Below, one piece after another: positions 40,303 through 54,500 of a stretch of DNA of 64,000 bases. Source of the stretch: Bugula neritina (Eukaryota; Animalia; Bryozoa); assembly GCA_964035545.1 (NCBI GenBank), contig OZ037771.1, positions 14,073,133 to 14,137,132 of the forward strand, read 5' to 3'. Below the pieces are notes generated by a model, which saw nothing but the letters and a program-made list of their open reading frames with translations, made no database searches and had not been told where the DNA came from. Made by a program: the position numbers and the translations under genes. Every line of letters starts with the position of its first letter. Position 1 is the first letter of the stretch.

Positions 40303-43250
40303 GTTGATTGACCGCAGTTTTTCAGCTGGTGTAACCTTTTACCATTGGCCTAGTTACACTAGGCTGGAATGGATAGAACTTTCCTCAAGATGTGAGCTTA
40401 TCCTGATCTTAGTAAGGGTGTCTGCTGAATTAGGGAGCATTTGTTTTCAGCTACTTCAAGTAGTGTCAGCCAGTCTACAATCTTGTATGAAGCTCCAAAG
40501 GCTCCAATTACAACGGGATGACTTTTGGTGTTTTCCAAAGGCGGGTTTATTCTAGTGCTAAATTCTGATATTTTCCTATTTTTTCAAATTTTCTTTCTTC
40601 TACTCTGTAGTCAACAGGGACTGTGATATCAATTATCGTTGTTTCAGCATTATGCTTGTCAACTACTAATATATCGGATCTCCTAACTTTGATGACTATG
40701 TCAGTGTGTATGTTAAAATCTTACAAGGTTTTTACATTATCGTTTTTCAGTACTGATTTTGTTTGATGTTCGTACCAATTCTTACTTCTCTGAAACCCAC
40801 GAAGTTCACACAACTACTATTGAAGTTATCGATGCCACGAGGTTGTGTCTTTTCTTATATTATTTTTGTGCTACCTTCTCAAATTCACTCAATATATGCA
40901 TCAAAGTTTTGTGTCTTGCGTTACACATTCCACACTTCTTGCTACCCTGTTCTTTCATCATAGCCACTTTATAATTTCTAGTAGTGAATAGTTGATCTTG
41001 CGCAGCTGTCAGCAGTCTTTATGTTTCCTTTTTCAGCCAACCATACTTCAACCAGTTCCAGGAAAATGCTTTCATGTCTTCCACCAATTTGATGTATTGT
41101 CCACGTAAAGCTTTTTCTTTCCACTCATCAGTTTTTTCTATCACTTTATCATTATTTAGTTCTACCGCTGTTTTGTTTTTTAAGAAGGTATTCAGTGTGG
41201 TGTTTTTATCAGTCCATGTTCTATTTATGTAGTCTGACATGCTGCAGTTTTCAATATTTATGCATTTTTCAGTTGACACCATTCTTCTACCGCCTTCTCT
41301 TCTGCTAACATACAGCCTGCCTACATCTGCTCTTGGATGGGGTGCACGGTTTGTTGTCATTAGCTTCCTTGTCTTTCAGTCCATATCTTTTAGCTCATGA
41401 AACAGTTCCGTCAAGTATTCTGGATGTGTAATGCACTGCTGTTACTGCCCATGTGTTTATTGCTTTGATTGTGTTCTCACCATTCAGTTTTGAATCCAGA
41501 ACTTTTCTCAATTGTTTATAGTACTCATTAATCTTATTTTTCATTTCATATATTTGTATTCTATCAGTCTCAAAAAATCCTAAATATTTATACGGCTTCT
41601 TACCCAGATCTTTGATTGCTTGTTCATCAGGCAAACTGATTCCTGTGTCCTTGATTTTCTTTCCCTTTCTCATAACCGGTGTGGCACATTTTTTAATTCA
41701 AATTTCATTTCTATGTCCCTTGTGAAGATCCTGGCAGTGTTTACCAAAGCTTCCAGTTCTGACTTTGATTTCCTATTTAGCTTCAGGTCATTCACATATA
41801 GAAGATGGTTTGTTTTCTGCCTCGTCGAAATTTGCATCATTGAGCCGCTTCTGTCATGCGAATCGGTAGTTGGAGAAAAGGGATAGAGATAAAGAGTCTC
41901 CTTGAAAAATTCTTAGTTTGATCTTTATTTCTCCTATCTTTTCTTCCAGGTATTTCAGTTGTGTTTTCCTAATTTCATGCTTTTTCTTATCAACCTTATG
42001 ACATTAATTGCCATTCCAGTTGTTTGCATTGTTTCTAAGATCTAATTCCCTTGTCTTTACATATGCTCCAATTTGTTGCTTACTTTATGTATAGCCATTC
42101 TGCATTGGTATTATTTTTAGTTTCCTGGCCCCCATATATTTTACCAAAATGCTTTTGTTTTTCTTGTCGGGTGCCTCTTTAGATGTACATTCATTTCCTC
42201 GTAATTCTTGATAAAAGCGCTCATCATTGTAAACATCCTGTTCTGGTTATATTGGTCAACTCATTCTGTATATCTGTTTATCTTCTAGCTTACAGCTCTC
42301 AGGTTTTGCTTCAGTTCTTCAATCACTACACCATACTCTTTGTTTTTTATCCTAGATTTTCCTTCAACCATTCTTCTCAATGAATCATTGTAAGCTCTAC
42401 TTTTTTCACTCTACTATTTTACTCAAGTCTGATCTAATTTCTTTTTATTTCTTCTGCAGTCATACTTTCCATACTTGTACATTGTCCGTTTTTCTTTTTC
42501 TTTTTTGTTACACACTTGTTCTGTTACTATTTTTCGCACAAGCCATGGTGGTGTTATTGAGCTCAATGGTATTAATAATCTCAACACAGTCTAATACTTC
42601 ATTGATCTGTCTTGCTGCCTGTAGTAATTTGACCCTCTCAATGTGCCTAAGGGCTCTTAGTGTTGGTCGATCATTAGATAGTTTGCTATGCTCATTTATA
42701 TTTTTTCTACTAACACTTTTTCTACCTCTGAACTAGGTACTCTTAAAGTTCTCATGGCTGATTTATATGCTATCTCATGTTGTACTATAACATCCTCTAT
42801 TTGCAAATTTAGCTCTTCATTATCTTCTTCACCAATTGATGTGCCTAGTTCTTGCAAGGTTCCTTCTTCAATCTTATGGAGTTCTTCTTCCATAAAATGC
42901 TTGTGTTTCTTCATAGTTCTTGCTTAATCCGCTAGTCTCTATTCGCTGATGTTAAACTCTCCTCTGTTTTCCAGCGTTTGCACATTCTTTTTAAATAATT
43001 CTTTGATCCGGGTCTACAGAGCTCATACATTGTTTTGCTATAACCTCTCAATTTGGGTGTACTTTTGAAGCAGCATTTCATGACAACTTTGTTGTCTTCT
43101 CTTGAGTATCTTCTTCTAGTTGTGCCAGTAACGGGTTGACGGCCGTAGGTTGCCTGGTCCTCCACATACCCACTGCCAGACGAGACATGCTATGTTTAGT
43201 TAGACATACCATTAACGTCGTTGGCTTTATTAGTTCTATTTTAATGGATC
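40303..43250 (-). mobile_element. R4/Dong-like non-LTR retrotransposon, copy B, uninterrupted but internally deleted and decayed
   Basis: HPRADVGRLYVSRREGG, KPYKYLG, LNGENTIKAINTWAV and NHLLYVNDLK (RT YxDD mutated). Its 3' end runs into (TAA)n at 40289-40302. atattattat lies on both flanks as a candidate TSD. Confidence 0.9.
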
Positions 43251-44880
43251 ATATTATTATTTTTAATTATTATTATTATCACTATCAGTAGCAAATAAAT
43301 AATTTTATATTTGTTATTAGTTACTACTTATAGAAATTGAGTGCCACAGCTTGAGGGTTATAAAGTCAGTCTTAGTCAATGTAATGGGGATGCTGATACT
43401 GACATTTGGCTTCGAGCTCATAATTAAATTGCTAACAACTATACCTAAGGATAACAGGAGTATTAAAATGTTAATTTATAATGATTATAACCTTAGAGTG
43501 GAGATATTATTCTCAATTTATTTAGTTTTTACTTTACTAACTTTTATTTTATTCATCAACCTTACTGTCTATTTAAATAGCAAACTAAAGAATAATTATG
43601 AAGGCCTTTGAATTGAAGTACTTTTCTGTAGCTGATTAGATTTCAAGTATTAAAATAACATACTAAGACAGAATACCATTATATGAGCTAGATTAATAAA
43701 GTAAAGAAGATTTCTTTGGTAATCAAAATATAGGTGTAACATATGCCTATTTTTAAGATTATGTTCTTATATGTGCTGTCTTTTTATTATTTTTAAAGTG
43801 CTACATTTTGAGGGTAGCCTACATCAATATGACTGCCCTGTAACTGCTTGTCAACTATAAGAGTTAGACCTATAAACTGTCTCATTTTCAAATTATCTTG
43901 ACTTTTCTAATTGATGTTAACATGACTATTCCTATTAGTATTTTGGTGTTTACCATTAGTAATGTTTGAACTAACATCAATATCATTGTTAATTTGTCTA
44001 ATTATTCAAATTTTAATATTCATCATTTGTGAACAGTAATAAAATTTTGTCTTTCTTAAATTAATGTGATGCTAGATTAGCTACTCTAGCAAGTGTGTAT
44101 TGTCCAATGAGTACTAATGCCATATTTTTGCACTTCTTGTTCTATATAATTTAGATTTAAGGTAACAATTCCTAAAGCTATCACATAATGCTGCTATCAG
44201 TTATAAAGATGTCACTGATCCAAACATTGAAAACCAGCTGAGTGCATGCAAGGTTGAAAACTTATTTTCTCTGGTTAGGTAAGTAGAAAGGTATTTGCTG
44301 TAATTTACAACTATTTTGTTTTCAACATCCTTGATGTTCATCTCTAAAAGATAAGTAGCACATAATGGTACCTGTTTTACTTAGCAGAAGAAATTATTGT
44401 CAAAGCTCTATTACTACATTTTAAATTGTATGACACTCTTTTGACTACATTTGATTTCATATCTCAAATAATTATATTTCTGACTCATGAAACTGTAACC
44501 ACACACTTGAGAACAAAATAAATAATGATATGGAAGCTTTCTTTAACTTTGTCAATTTAGTCAACAGCCAATGACTGAAAACATGTTTTGTACACTATTG
44601 ATTGCCTCTCTATTTCCGCTATAAGGCAGAAACTTTAATCTCAAAATTTAAGACACTGGCAATTCTTCCCAATAATACGTTCAAAACAAATATTTTTTGC
44701 CAAGTAATATAGTATTTAATTATATTTTTTAGTCAAAGAAATTTGTTTGGTTTCTTGTGTCATCTTGAATAGCTTGTTATTCATTATCTTTTTCTTCGTG
44801 TTATGACTATGAGTGTATATAACCTTTTCTGACAGGTTTTTCCCCCATCACTATATGTTTCTCTGTTTACTCTCTAACAG

Positions 44881-46524
44881 TTTTATTTCCGTTCATTTTT
44901 TAGAGTTTACTAAAATGACATGGGTGTGCTTTGTTGTGGCTCCTAATTGAGCGCATCCGTTGAGATTATTGTAAGTTTTGTTGAAACTGAGCTGAGGCCT
45001 CTTACTCCTAAAGGCAAGAATTTGAGTCATCTTAGCTACTTGTAGCATATCAACATCGAACAGCACCATTCCACTACTCTAAGCTTAAGGTTTTGGCTGC
45101 ATTAGATCAACAGGTAAGTTTAATAGTTTGTATTCCGTACACTATTTCATGATGTCTGTTCAGCATTTACTTGGTAGCACACATTTATAGATTTTGCATT
45201 ATTTTAGTTTTTTGCAGTACAACTTTTCTACGCAACTATTACACTGTTGTTGCTGTTAATTGTAGTTTATTCTGCTTGACCATGCAATTATTGAATTATG
45301 TTGCAGAGGTGATTGGGTCCTTTTATTTAATTTAGTACACACTGGAAATCTGCAGTTTTTAGCCATTTTTACAGTTTAGCTGCTAATGAACAATGCTTTT
45401 TGCTTAAAATTAGTGAGACATCAAAAAATACACCTAAATAATCAAGGTTCTTCTTAATTTTGCATGATTTCTCATGTTTTTTCCTATTTATTCATTTCAT
45501 TAGGATTGCCTACTGTTACAAACTAACCGTGGCGATCCGCAGTCAGAAGTTGCTGTAATTAGAAAAAAGCATAAGAAATCAAAGAAAATTAAAAAGAGCC
45601 TTGATTATTTAGGTGTATTTATTGATATTTTTTTTGTTTCGGGCCAAAACTCATGTTCATTAGCAAAAACTTGAGATCTTCAGTATGTACTAACTTAAGT
45701 AAAATGAACCAATTGCAGTAAATTTCTGCATTTTCTAATACTTCTTAAATTTACACCTAAAATAGTGCTGTCTTAAGAAAATGACACTAGCTGCTGTTTT
45801 CATGTATGTGCCCCAATTGTATATAATGCTGTTGATTTGTTTTGTGCTTTTTCTATTTGTTTGTTATATAACTTTTCTTTTAAGGTTGTTGCCAGCACCT
45901 AAAGCATGAAGTTGGTTTAATAGAGGATATTTAGAAGAAGAAACTGATGAACTTTATTAAAGGTGATCAAGCAGGTAATGCACATGATTAATAATAGAAA
46001 GCTCCTTTAAATTTATTTATGTTGGTGAAGTTTTATTTTGGTAATCTAAATATTGATTGTAACTATGTTATTTTCATTGCTAAAACATGCAAAAGTAAGT
46101 TTCGAAAAGTTTGTTAGTCACAATAACAAAAATCTAATATCCATTCCTAAGTAAGTCATGAAAAATATTTGCTTATGATCAATCTTTTTATTGAGGTAAA
46201 GTACTTGACTGCATGGAGAAATTTTTAAATCTACAATAATAATTATTCTGACCACCAAACATGGTTAACACAAAGAATTTCATATTTTGTTATTTAGGTA
46301 ACATCACAAGCCTTAGATATATTATTCTTGCTTCTTGGTAAGCATTGTACTAGGTAATGTGCATTTATGCATTATTTGGGCTGACTTCAAAACCAAATCC
46401 TCCAGCATTCCATTGCAATTTTGTTGCTGAATTATTATTTTTATTTTTAGATTTAGCAGAGGGCAGCAGAGCAGTCAAGAGTCATCAACTGTGTACTCAG
46501 TTTCATAACAGGTCTAAAGACTAG
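44881..46524 (+). pseudogene. Decayed or non-coding spliced exons (44881-45113, 45896-45974, 46451-46524); the first is duplicated at 27637-27868
   Basis: Polypyrimidine-AG acceptors and GT donors (GTAAGT, GTAATG, GTTAGT) bound GC-richer segments. The first exon has stops in all three frames. Confidence 0.35.
45338..45687. mobile_element. Duplicate of the 350 bp TA-flanked MITE
   Basis: Near-identical to 28093-28442. Confidence 0.7.
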
Positions 46525-46992
46525 GTTAGTAATGTTGTCATTTTATGAGACTTGCATATATGCTGCACATGTATCTTTTGTCTTTAAATTCTATCTGAGT
46601 GAGTAAAAAAGTTATTCTCATTATTCATTAGTGTCAATTAATTTCTACTCACAGTTTTACTGTTACATAGTTTATAAAGCCCTTGTGTCAACTTTTCTAG
46701 ATATCCTGGTTAAAATTGTTCCACTTGATGAATGGCATAGGGCATATGCAATAGCAAAACAGTTGCAGGCTGTTTTGGAAAAAAAATTGTACATATAACC
46801 TTTATTTTATACATGTTATTTAGGCTTTGGTAGAACTGTTGGAGAGCCTTCCTCTTGAATAAAGCTACTCAACTTCCCGGATTCTACTTTATTGACATTA
46901 ACCCACTACCTACAAAACGCCTTGAAATTTAGCTAATAAGTTATGTATTTTGTGATTTTTTTTAAATGTACAATGTTATGTATAAATTACAA

Positions 46993-46998
<6 letters not shown>

Positions 46999-47080
<82 letters not shown>
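46999..47080. repeat. (TA)n microsatellite, ~40 units
   Basis: Seen directly; only ~6 units at the paralogous site 29044-29055. Confidence 0.95.
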
Positions 47081-47083
<3 letters not shown>

Positions 47084-48490
47084 GTCTTTTACTACTTAGT
47101 ATTACAATGTAAAAAGCATTTCAGGGTTAACAATTTAATTAATTGGCCCTAACAGTAATTATGTATAATACAGATTTGCAGATGCTTTAAATGAACCCAA
47201 AAAGCTGATGTTGTTAAACAGTGTACAAAATAGTCACCTCATATCAGCCAGACATGCTTAGTCATTACCTAGCATTAAAATAATATTATGAATGCAGTCA
47301 AGTTTTGATATGCATCCCTATTATTGATAGTTTGTGAACCAGCAATTAAATATCAAGAAGCAATATTACTAACCAATGTGCTGGTTAAAGAGTTTCAAGT
47401 TGTAGTTATAGTATCAAACTATTATAATGGCATAAAAACTATCAGTTAAAACATCTTATTAATATTTACTACAGGAATACATATTATAGGTGTGCTAAAA
47501 ATCTGGTAGAATCATCAATTATTTTAGATGTTTTGGATTTAATATCTCTGTACTATAATGTAATATACAGAACATCAGGTGCTGTCTCCACAGTGCATTG
47601 ATGGCACTAATGAATATTAATACATGCAGGCAGTGTTGGTAATGATTTATTGAAATAGGAGTTTAAAAACTGTTTAAACAACAATGAAAAGCCTGAGATT
47701 AGTCCAAGGAGAGGGGTATTTCAAGCTAGCAGATGAGCAATATAGATGCGAAAGTGATTTAGGGGTTGCCACATATGTAATGCAGGCAGTCTTGCCTAAA
47801 AATCATTATTGTTATATCTAGTCATTAATTTCTTGCAATAGATCTATTTCACTATTGAGAAGAACAAAATTAGCAAGAAAACACTGTAATAGAGTCAAGG
47901 CACTTTGGCAGTGCTAGTTAAAAATAAACCTGGGATAGTCAAATAGCAGAAGTACTTTTTGATGCATAATATAATTATGTACAGCTTAAGTTTTTGCAAT
48001 ACTGTGTTTTCAGTGAGATAATAATTTCAATAGCTACACTAAAATAATGTACAATTCTAGCAAGTGATGCAAAATCTTCTAAGATGCTATGACTGAAGCA
48101 GTTTGCTACTAGTCTCAAGTAACAAACCAAATAGCCTTTCTTTGTACCATCATCCAAATGCCAAACAAATAACTCATTCACTCTGTAACAACAAGGTGGT
48201 CTCCCAAGTAGATTGTTAGACATTTCAGGCATTAATAACCAAAGGCTTTTCACTTTGGCATAATTGTATAGTTACACAGCTAAATAAATAATGTATTCAT
48301 GGTATTGTAATTGCAAGCCATGCATTTATCTGTGAATGCAGCTAAGTAGTTAATACGGCCATATATTTATGTACTATGTAGCAATGCCTAATGTAGCTGT
48401 CAAGCTTCTACTTATACTCATTTTACTGATGCTTTACTTCTGATTACATGATTACAAACATATCAGTTCAAACAAAATTATTTTAGATAG

Positions 48491-51400
48491 GAATAAATAT
48501 AATGCTCCTAGCAAATGTTGTAAAACTATTTTCCAAAAACATTTACTTTGCAAACAAACTTTTCAGAAAGTTATAATGCATTTATCATATTATTGTTTCA
48601 TTTAAAAGTTATAATGATAGAATATTACACTTAAAACACACTCAAATTTTTAGATTCTTGTAATATTGTTAAACAAGAGTTAACAGTAAGATTGGCTGTA
48701 GAGTAGAATGTTTAGCTGTTTGTACTAAAGCTAACAAGTAACTGGCATTAAAAAGAGATGTAGATAGAAAGTGAAAGAATAACAACTGGCTTGTATATTG
48801 GTAGTGCAAAAAGCTGTATATAACAGTTTAAACAAATACCCATTAGAATAAGTGGTAACCCAGTACATAAAATGTGGTATGTCATAATACATATTTGTGG
48901 TGTATTGACTAGGCTAGATCAACACATAGCACTATATAATTGCTTTAGTATTTACAATTAGTTTGTGGTCTGGTGGGACTTGTTGATAGCCATTGTCTTT
49001 ATTAACATAACAGTTTCATAAAATTAGCAGTTTTCCTTATTCACCTAATTAATTTTTAAGATTTATGTACAATATTTACATATTTGGATATAAAAAATAT
49101 CTTCAACCAGTGAATATCAAAATAATGATTAAAGACATATTTTATGTCATATTTTTGTGGCAATCTAAATAATAAGCTGGTCTAAATTGTACTTGTGCAA
49201 ACAGAACCAGCTCATGAATATATGTTGTCTTTTTTTAACTTGACAGTTAATCTAATATGGATGTGTATTTTATACTTGCTTTTGTGTTTAAGGTGATAAA
49301 ATTGCACTGGTAAGGTAAATAAACATTGCTTGTTTGGCATGCTTTTGCGTGGCATTGCATATTATGCTAAACTAATGGCCAGTTTTGCAGTAGCTTCACC
49401 ATAACCTTCAAAAGAATGCAAATATCATCTAATTATTGTAAGCTTTTTAAATTAATTTGTCTAGCTATAAACACATGTAAAACTATTAGGCTATTCCAGT
49501 TTCACGATATACATAGCTCTATAATTCTGAAAAACTGCTAGGTAGAGTGGAAATTAAACATGATCTATTCATTGCTAAAGTATTACAGCTATGAATAATA
49601 TATATGTGATTACCTGAGTGATATCACAATCTCCACTTGCTAAGTTAGTTTAAATACAGGAAAAAAAATTAATCTGGCGAAAGATTATATATGAGAAGCT
49701 GTTTTTGTAATAATTTCCTGCTCTAGGGTGATTTAGAAGAATTGTGTTAAAGCAAAACTTTTGCATACATGAGTTGAATAAAATCATTGAGAGTTTTATG
49801 AAGGTCTATTTGTGTATAGGTAGCCCTATGTCACAACTCAAGTTTTTAGATTTTATGCAATTTGTGGTGCAAAGTTGCAAATAAAAACCTTATTTTAATA
49901 ATACTTAGACATATGCAAGCAATAAAGATAATGAAAAAAATGCTATAGTTGCTAATTAGCTAAAATTACTTGCATACGATGCAAATATTTGTATGCATGC
50001 ATGTTTAGTTTATTAGCGTTGGTTAGATATAATTGAATATATAGATTTGATGTGGAGATTGAAGAAAATCAATATGTTGTGTTCTATATACAACAACAGT
50101 TTTTACATTGATTCGTTAATTACTTCATAAATCATTTATTACTTCATGCAATATTTGTTCCTGCAACTTTGCAGAGTGGCAAAATGCATTTCAAAGACAT
50201 ATATTAAGTGATTCTAATTATACTAGAATTTTCAAACTAAGAATTTTTGTGGAGTTTTCTTCTTCCTAAGACATATGTGGCAATTGAACACATAATAAGT
50301 TGTGGGCTACAACTCCTTTATACAACCTTGCAAGAAATTATGCAGCTATCTAAATAGAAAAGGAATTATTGAATTTATTTATTCAACAATATTAGTATTT
50401 TATAAATATTTGTTGCATTTAATTAATGAGCATAAAATTTGTTTTACAAATACTGTAATTAACAGCATGGTAAAAATATATTATATATACTGGTATATAT
50501 TTTGTATTGTATTAGATTTAGGCTACATTGCAAGACATTTATAATTAAAATGAGTTAATGGCTAAGTTTAAATATCTTCGACTTATAGATTACATTTTTA
50601 TGTGCTATAAAAATGTAACTCGTTTGTTACGACATTTCTACATGCATAAAAGCAAAACTTACTGCAAGAAATCCTTAGCTAGAAAGATAAATAATAATTT
50701 ACTTTAATTACATCAAAAGCTAATATCAGCAAGCATTCTATAAATAATGGTAATTTACCTAGTGTAATTTTTCTTAAACTAGCTAAGCTTGCTTGGTACT
50801 TTAATAAGTTTATTGGCATAGTGTATTATTTTATACTTATATATTTTTAAGACTTTAAGGAAAATGATGTTTTAGCTGCGTTATTCCTAATGCAAGCCTT
50901 ATAAATTTACAATGTATACTAAAATATTATATTTGTAATTAGAAAGAAAACAAATTATACTTTCATAAACTTATAATTATTGCATTCTGTTATTTATAAT
51001 GCTAGAATAACAAATTGAACGCGGCATATGCTTCCCTAACCAGATGCTTTTAAACGGATTAAAAATAATTTGTCAATTTCTAATTATGAGGAACAAACTC
51101 CTCGGTAGTTTCTACATTTGCGCATGATTTTATCAAGATAGGCTTGCTTTTGTGTCAACCTGTAGCCAGTGCAACTATACTTTATGTAACGAGTAAAACA
51201 GACTCATTTCAAAGTACACAGTCTAAAGGGTAGGAATTACTACAAAGAAAAGTGCCGGTTAAAAGTTAATTATAATTGGAAATAAGGTGAAATATCAGTC
51301 AGAAATTAAAAAGTGTCAACTAAAAAAGTGTACTGTTATTTCTTTTTGGCTTTGCTGAAAATGTTTTTTGAGGAAGAAGTACGAAAAACATCTAGGAGGG

Positions 51401-51597
51401 GTCCATATCCACCACTGGCAACTACCTGTTTATTGATGAAGAACTATCCAATTATAGTACAGTATTATGGTCTTTTGCCTTATAATTGGCTTTGATTTTT
51501 TTATGTCTAATTACGAGATACTAAACAGATGCAAAGTATGTTGTGCATAGGCAGTTTTTTTATGTCTCTAAACAACATTCTAGGAAAATATATACTG
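48491..51597 (+). repeat. Tandem duplication unit 1 (~3.1 kb)
   Basis: gaataaatataatgctcc...ctaggaaaatatatactg, repeated at 51598-56165. Confidence 0.95.
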
Positions 51598-54500
51598 GAA
51601 TAAATATAATGCTCCTAGCAAATGTTGTAAAACTATTTTCCAAAAACATATACTTTGCAAACAAACTTTTCAGAAAGTTATAATGCATTTATCATATTAT
51701 TGTTTCATTTAAAAGTTATAATGATAGAATATTATACTTAAAACACACCCAAATTTTTAGATTCTTGTAATATTGTTAAACAAGAGTTAACAGTAAGATT
51801 GGCTGTAGAGTAGAATGTTTAGCTGTTTGTACTGAAGCTAACAAGTAACTGGCATTAAAAAGAGATGTAGATAAAAAGTGACAGAATAACAACTGGCTTG
51901 TATATTGGTAGTGCAAAAAGCTGTATATAACAGTTTAAACAAATAACCATTAGAATAAATGGTAACCCAGTACTTAAAATGTGGTATGTCATAATACATC
52001 TTTGTGGTGTATTGACTAGGCTAGATCAACACGTAGCACTATATAATTGCTTTAGTATTTACAATTAGTTTGTGGTCTGGTGGGATTTGTTGATAGCCAT
52101 TGTCTTTATTAACATAACAGTTTCATAAAATTAGCAGTTTTCCTTATTCACCTAGTTAATTTTTAAGATTTATGTACAATATTTACATATTTGGATATAA
52201 AAAATATCTTCAACCAGTGAATATCAAAATAATGATTAAAAACATATTTTATGTCATATTCTTGTGGCAATCTAAATAATAAGCTGGTCTAAATTGTACT
52301 TGTGCAAACAGAACCAGCTCATGAATATATGTTGTTTTTTTTAACTTGACAGTTAATCTAATATGGATGTGTATTTTATACTTGCTTTTGTGTTTAAGGT
52401 GATAGAATTGCACTGGTAAGGTAAATAAACATTGCTTGTTTGGCATGCTTTTGCGTGGCATTGCATATTATGCTATAATGGTGACTAGTCAATATTCCGA
52501 AGGCCCATTAGTCCGAAGGCCCATTAGTCCGAAGGTCCATTGGTCCGAAGGTCCATTGGTCCGAAGGTCCATTAGTCCGAAGGTCCATTAGTCCGAAAAT
52601 TAGTAGACACATGATAGTGAAGAGCATCCTCACTGAGAATATCATTGATCATTCACTCACAATCTAGTTTAAGTTCTTGCTCTGTTAATGCTGTATGTGG
52701 GTGGCATGCGTGTTGCCTACTTGCGATTGTTTAGCCTGAGATTACACTATGACCAGAAAACAGCTGCCTCAATTAGGGCTGCATCATCTATCAACATTCC
52801 ATTATGGCTGCTTTATAAACAAAGTACACAGCAAGCCATTCACTAGCCTGTCAGCTAGCAAGCCTGTAATTAGTATGTACACATCAGTATCTTCTCATCT
52901 CTAAGTGTTCACTGAAGCATGAAGTGCTGCGCAGTGATGATAACTTAGGAAAAAAAATCATATTTGCAGTGTATAAATCACTTATATTTTATAGAAAATC
53001 TATGAAAGCTATTGAAAATTTCAAAAAAGTTGCTTTGAGGAACAGAAAGATCTACAACATGGTTTTTAAATTTCGATTCTATAGCACAATTAGGTGAGGT
53101 TTTATTTGGCTGGACTGAATTCTTATATACCAATAGTGTGGCCCCAGCCAGGGAGTTAAAGCTAGAAGGTTGCCCTTATCGACATATCTTGTGGATTTGT
53201 TTGGTTTGGTATATTATGGTGTGCAGCTTTGTTTATTTGATTTTAGAGTAGTGTCCAGGATGTTTATAATTTTTAGTCTTCAATGCATTTTTACAGATAT
53301 CCCTAATTAAAGATATTTTTAATTACAAAGAGATATTTTTAATTGAAATAGATATATGCATAATTTAATTAGTATAATAATGCAGCTTAGCAGCTTACAG
53401 ATAATTAAAGAGATTTCAACATTAAGGGCCTATATAAGCTGACTGACTGTAGCTAGAATAGAATTGCAGTCCCCTGTCATTTTTACACTAACTGTAAAAT
53501 AAGTAATGCTTGTAATTTTTTTTCATAAGTTATCATTATTGCGCAGCACTTCATGCTTCAGTGAACACTTAGAGATGAGAAGATACTGATGTGTACATAC
53601 TAATTACAGGCTTGCTAGCTGACAGGCTAGTGAATGGCTTGCTGTGTACTTTGTTTATAAAGCAGCCATAATGGAATGTTGATAGATGATGCAGCCCTAA
53701 TTGAGGCAGCTGTTTTCTGGTCATAGTGTAATCTCAGGCTAAACAATCACAAGTAGGCAACACGCATGCCACCCACATACAGCATTAACAGAGCAAAAAC
53801 TTAAACTAGATTGTGAGTGAAATCAATGATATTCTCAGTGAGGATGCTCTTTACTATCATGTGTCTACTAATTTTCGGACTAATGGACCTTCGGACTAAT
53901 GGACCTTCGGACTAATGGGCCTTCGGAATACTGCTCCGTCCCCGCTAAACTAATGGCCAGTTTTGCAGTATAGCTTCACCATAACCTTCAAAAGAATGCA
54001 AATATCATTTAATTATTGTAAGCTTTTTAAGTTAACTTGACTAGCTATAAACACATGTAAAACTATTAGGCTATTCCAATTTCACGATATACATAGCTCT
54101 ATAATTCTGAAAAACTGCTAGGTAGAGTGGAAATTAAACATGATCTATTCATTGCTAAAGTATTACAGCTATGAATAATATATATGTGATTACCCGAGTG
54201 ATATCACAATCTTCACTTGCTAAGTTAGTTTAAATACAGGAAAAAAAATTAATCTGGGGAAAGATTATATATGAGAAGCTGTTTTTGTAATAATTCCCTG
54301 CTCTAGGGTGGTTTAGAAGAATTGTTTTAAAGCAAAACATTTGCATACATGAGTTGAATAAAATCATTGAGAGTTTTATGAAGGTCTATTTGTGTATAGG
54401 TAGCCCTATGTCACAACTCAAGTCTTTAGATTTTATGTAATTTGTGGTGCAAAGTTGCAAATAAAAACCTTATTTTAATAATACTTAGACATATGCAAGC

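Larger units (their letters stand above)
42342..48498 (+). repeat. Segmental duplication copy B
   Basis: Matches 25095-30438, with an extra 714 bp (45908-46621), an extra ~34 bp (~47755-47788) and a longer (TA)n. Confidence 0.95.

Noticed and set aside
52497-52597. 16-bp repeat array as CRISPR or iterons
   Set aside because: No spacers; it is the subterminal array of a foldback element, mirrored at 53874-53926.
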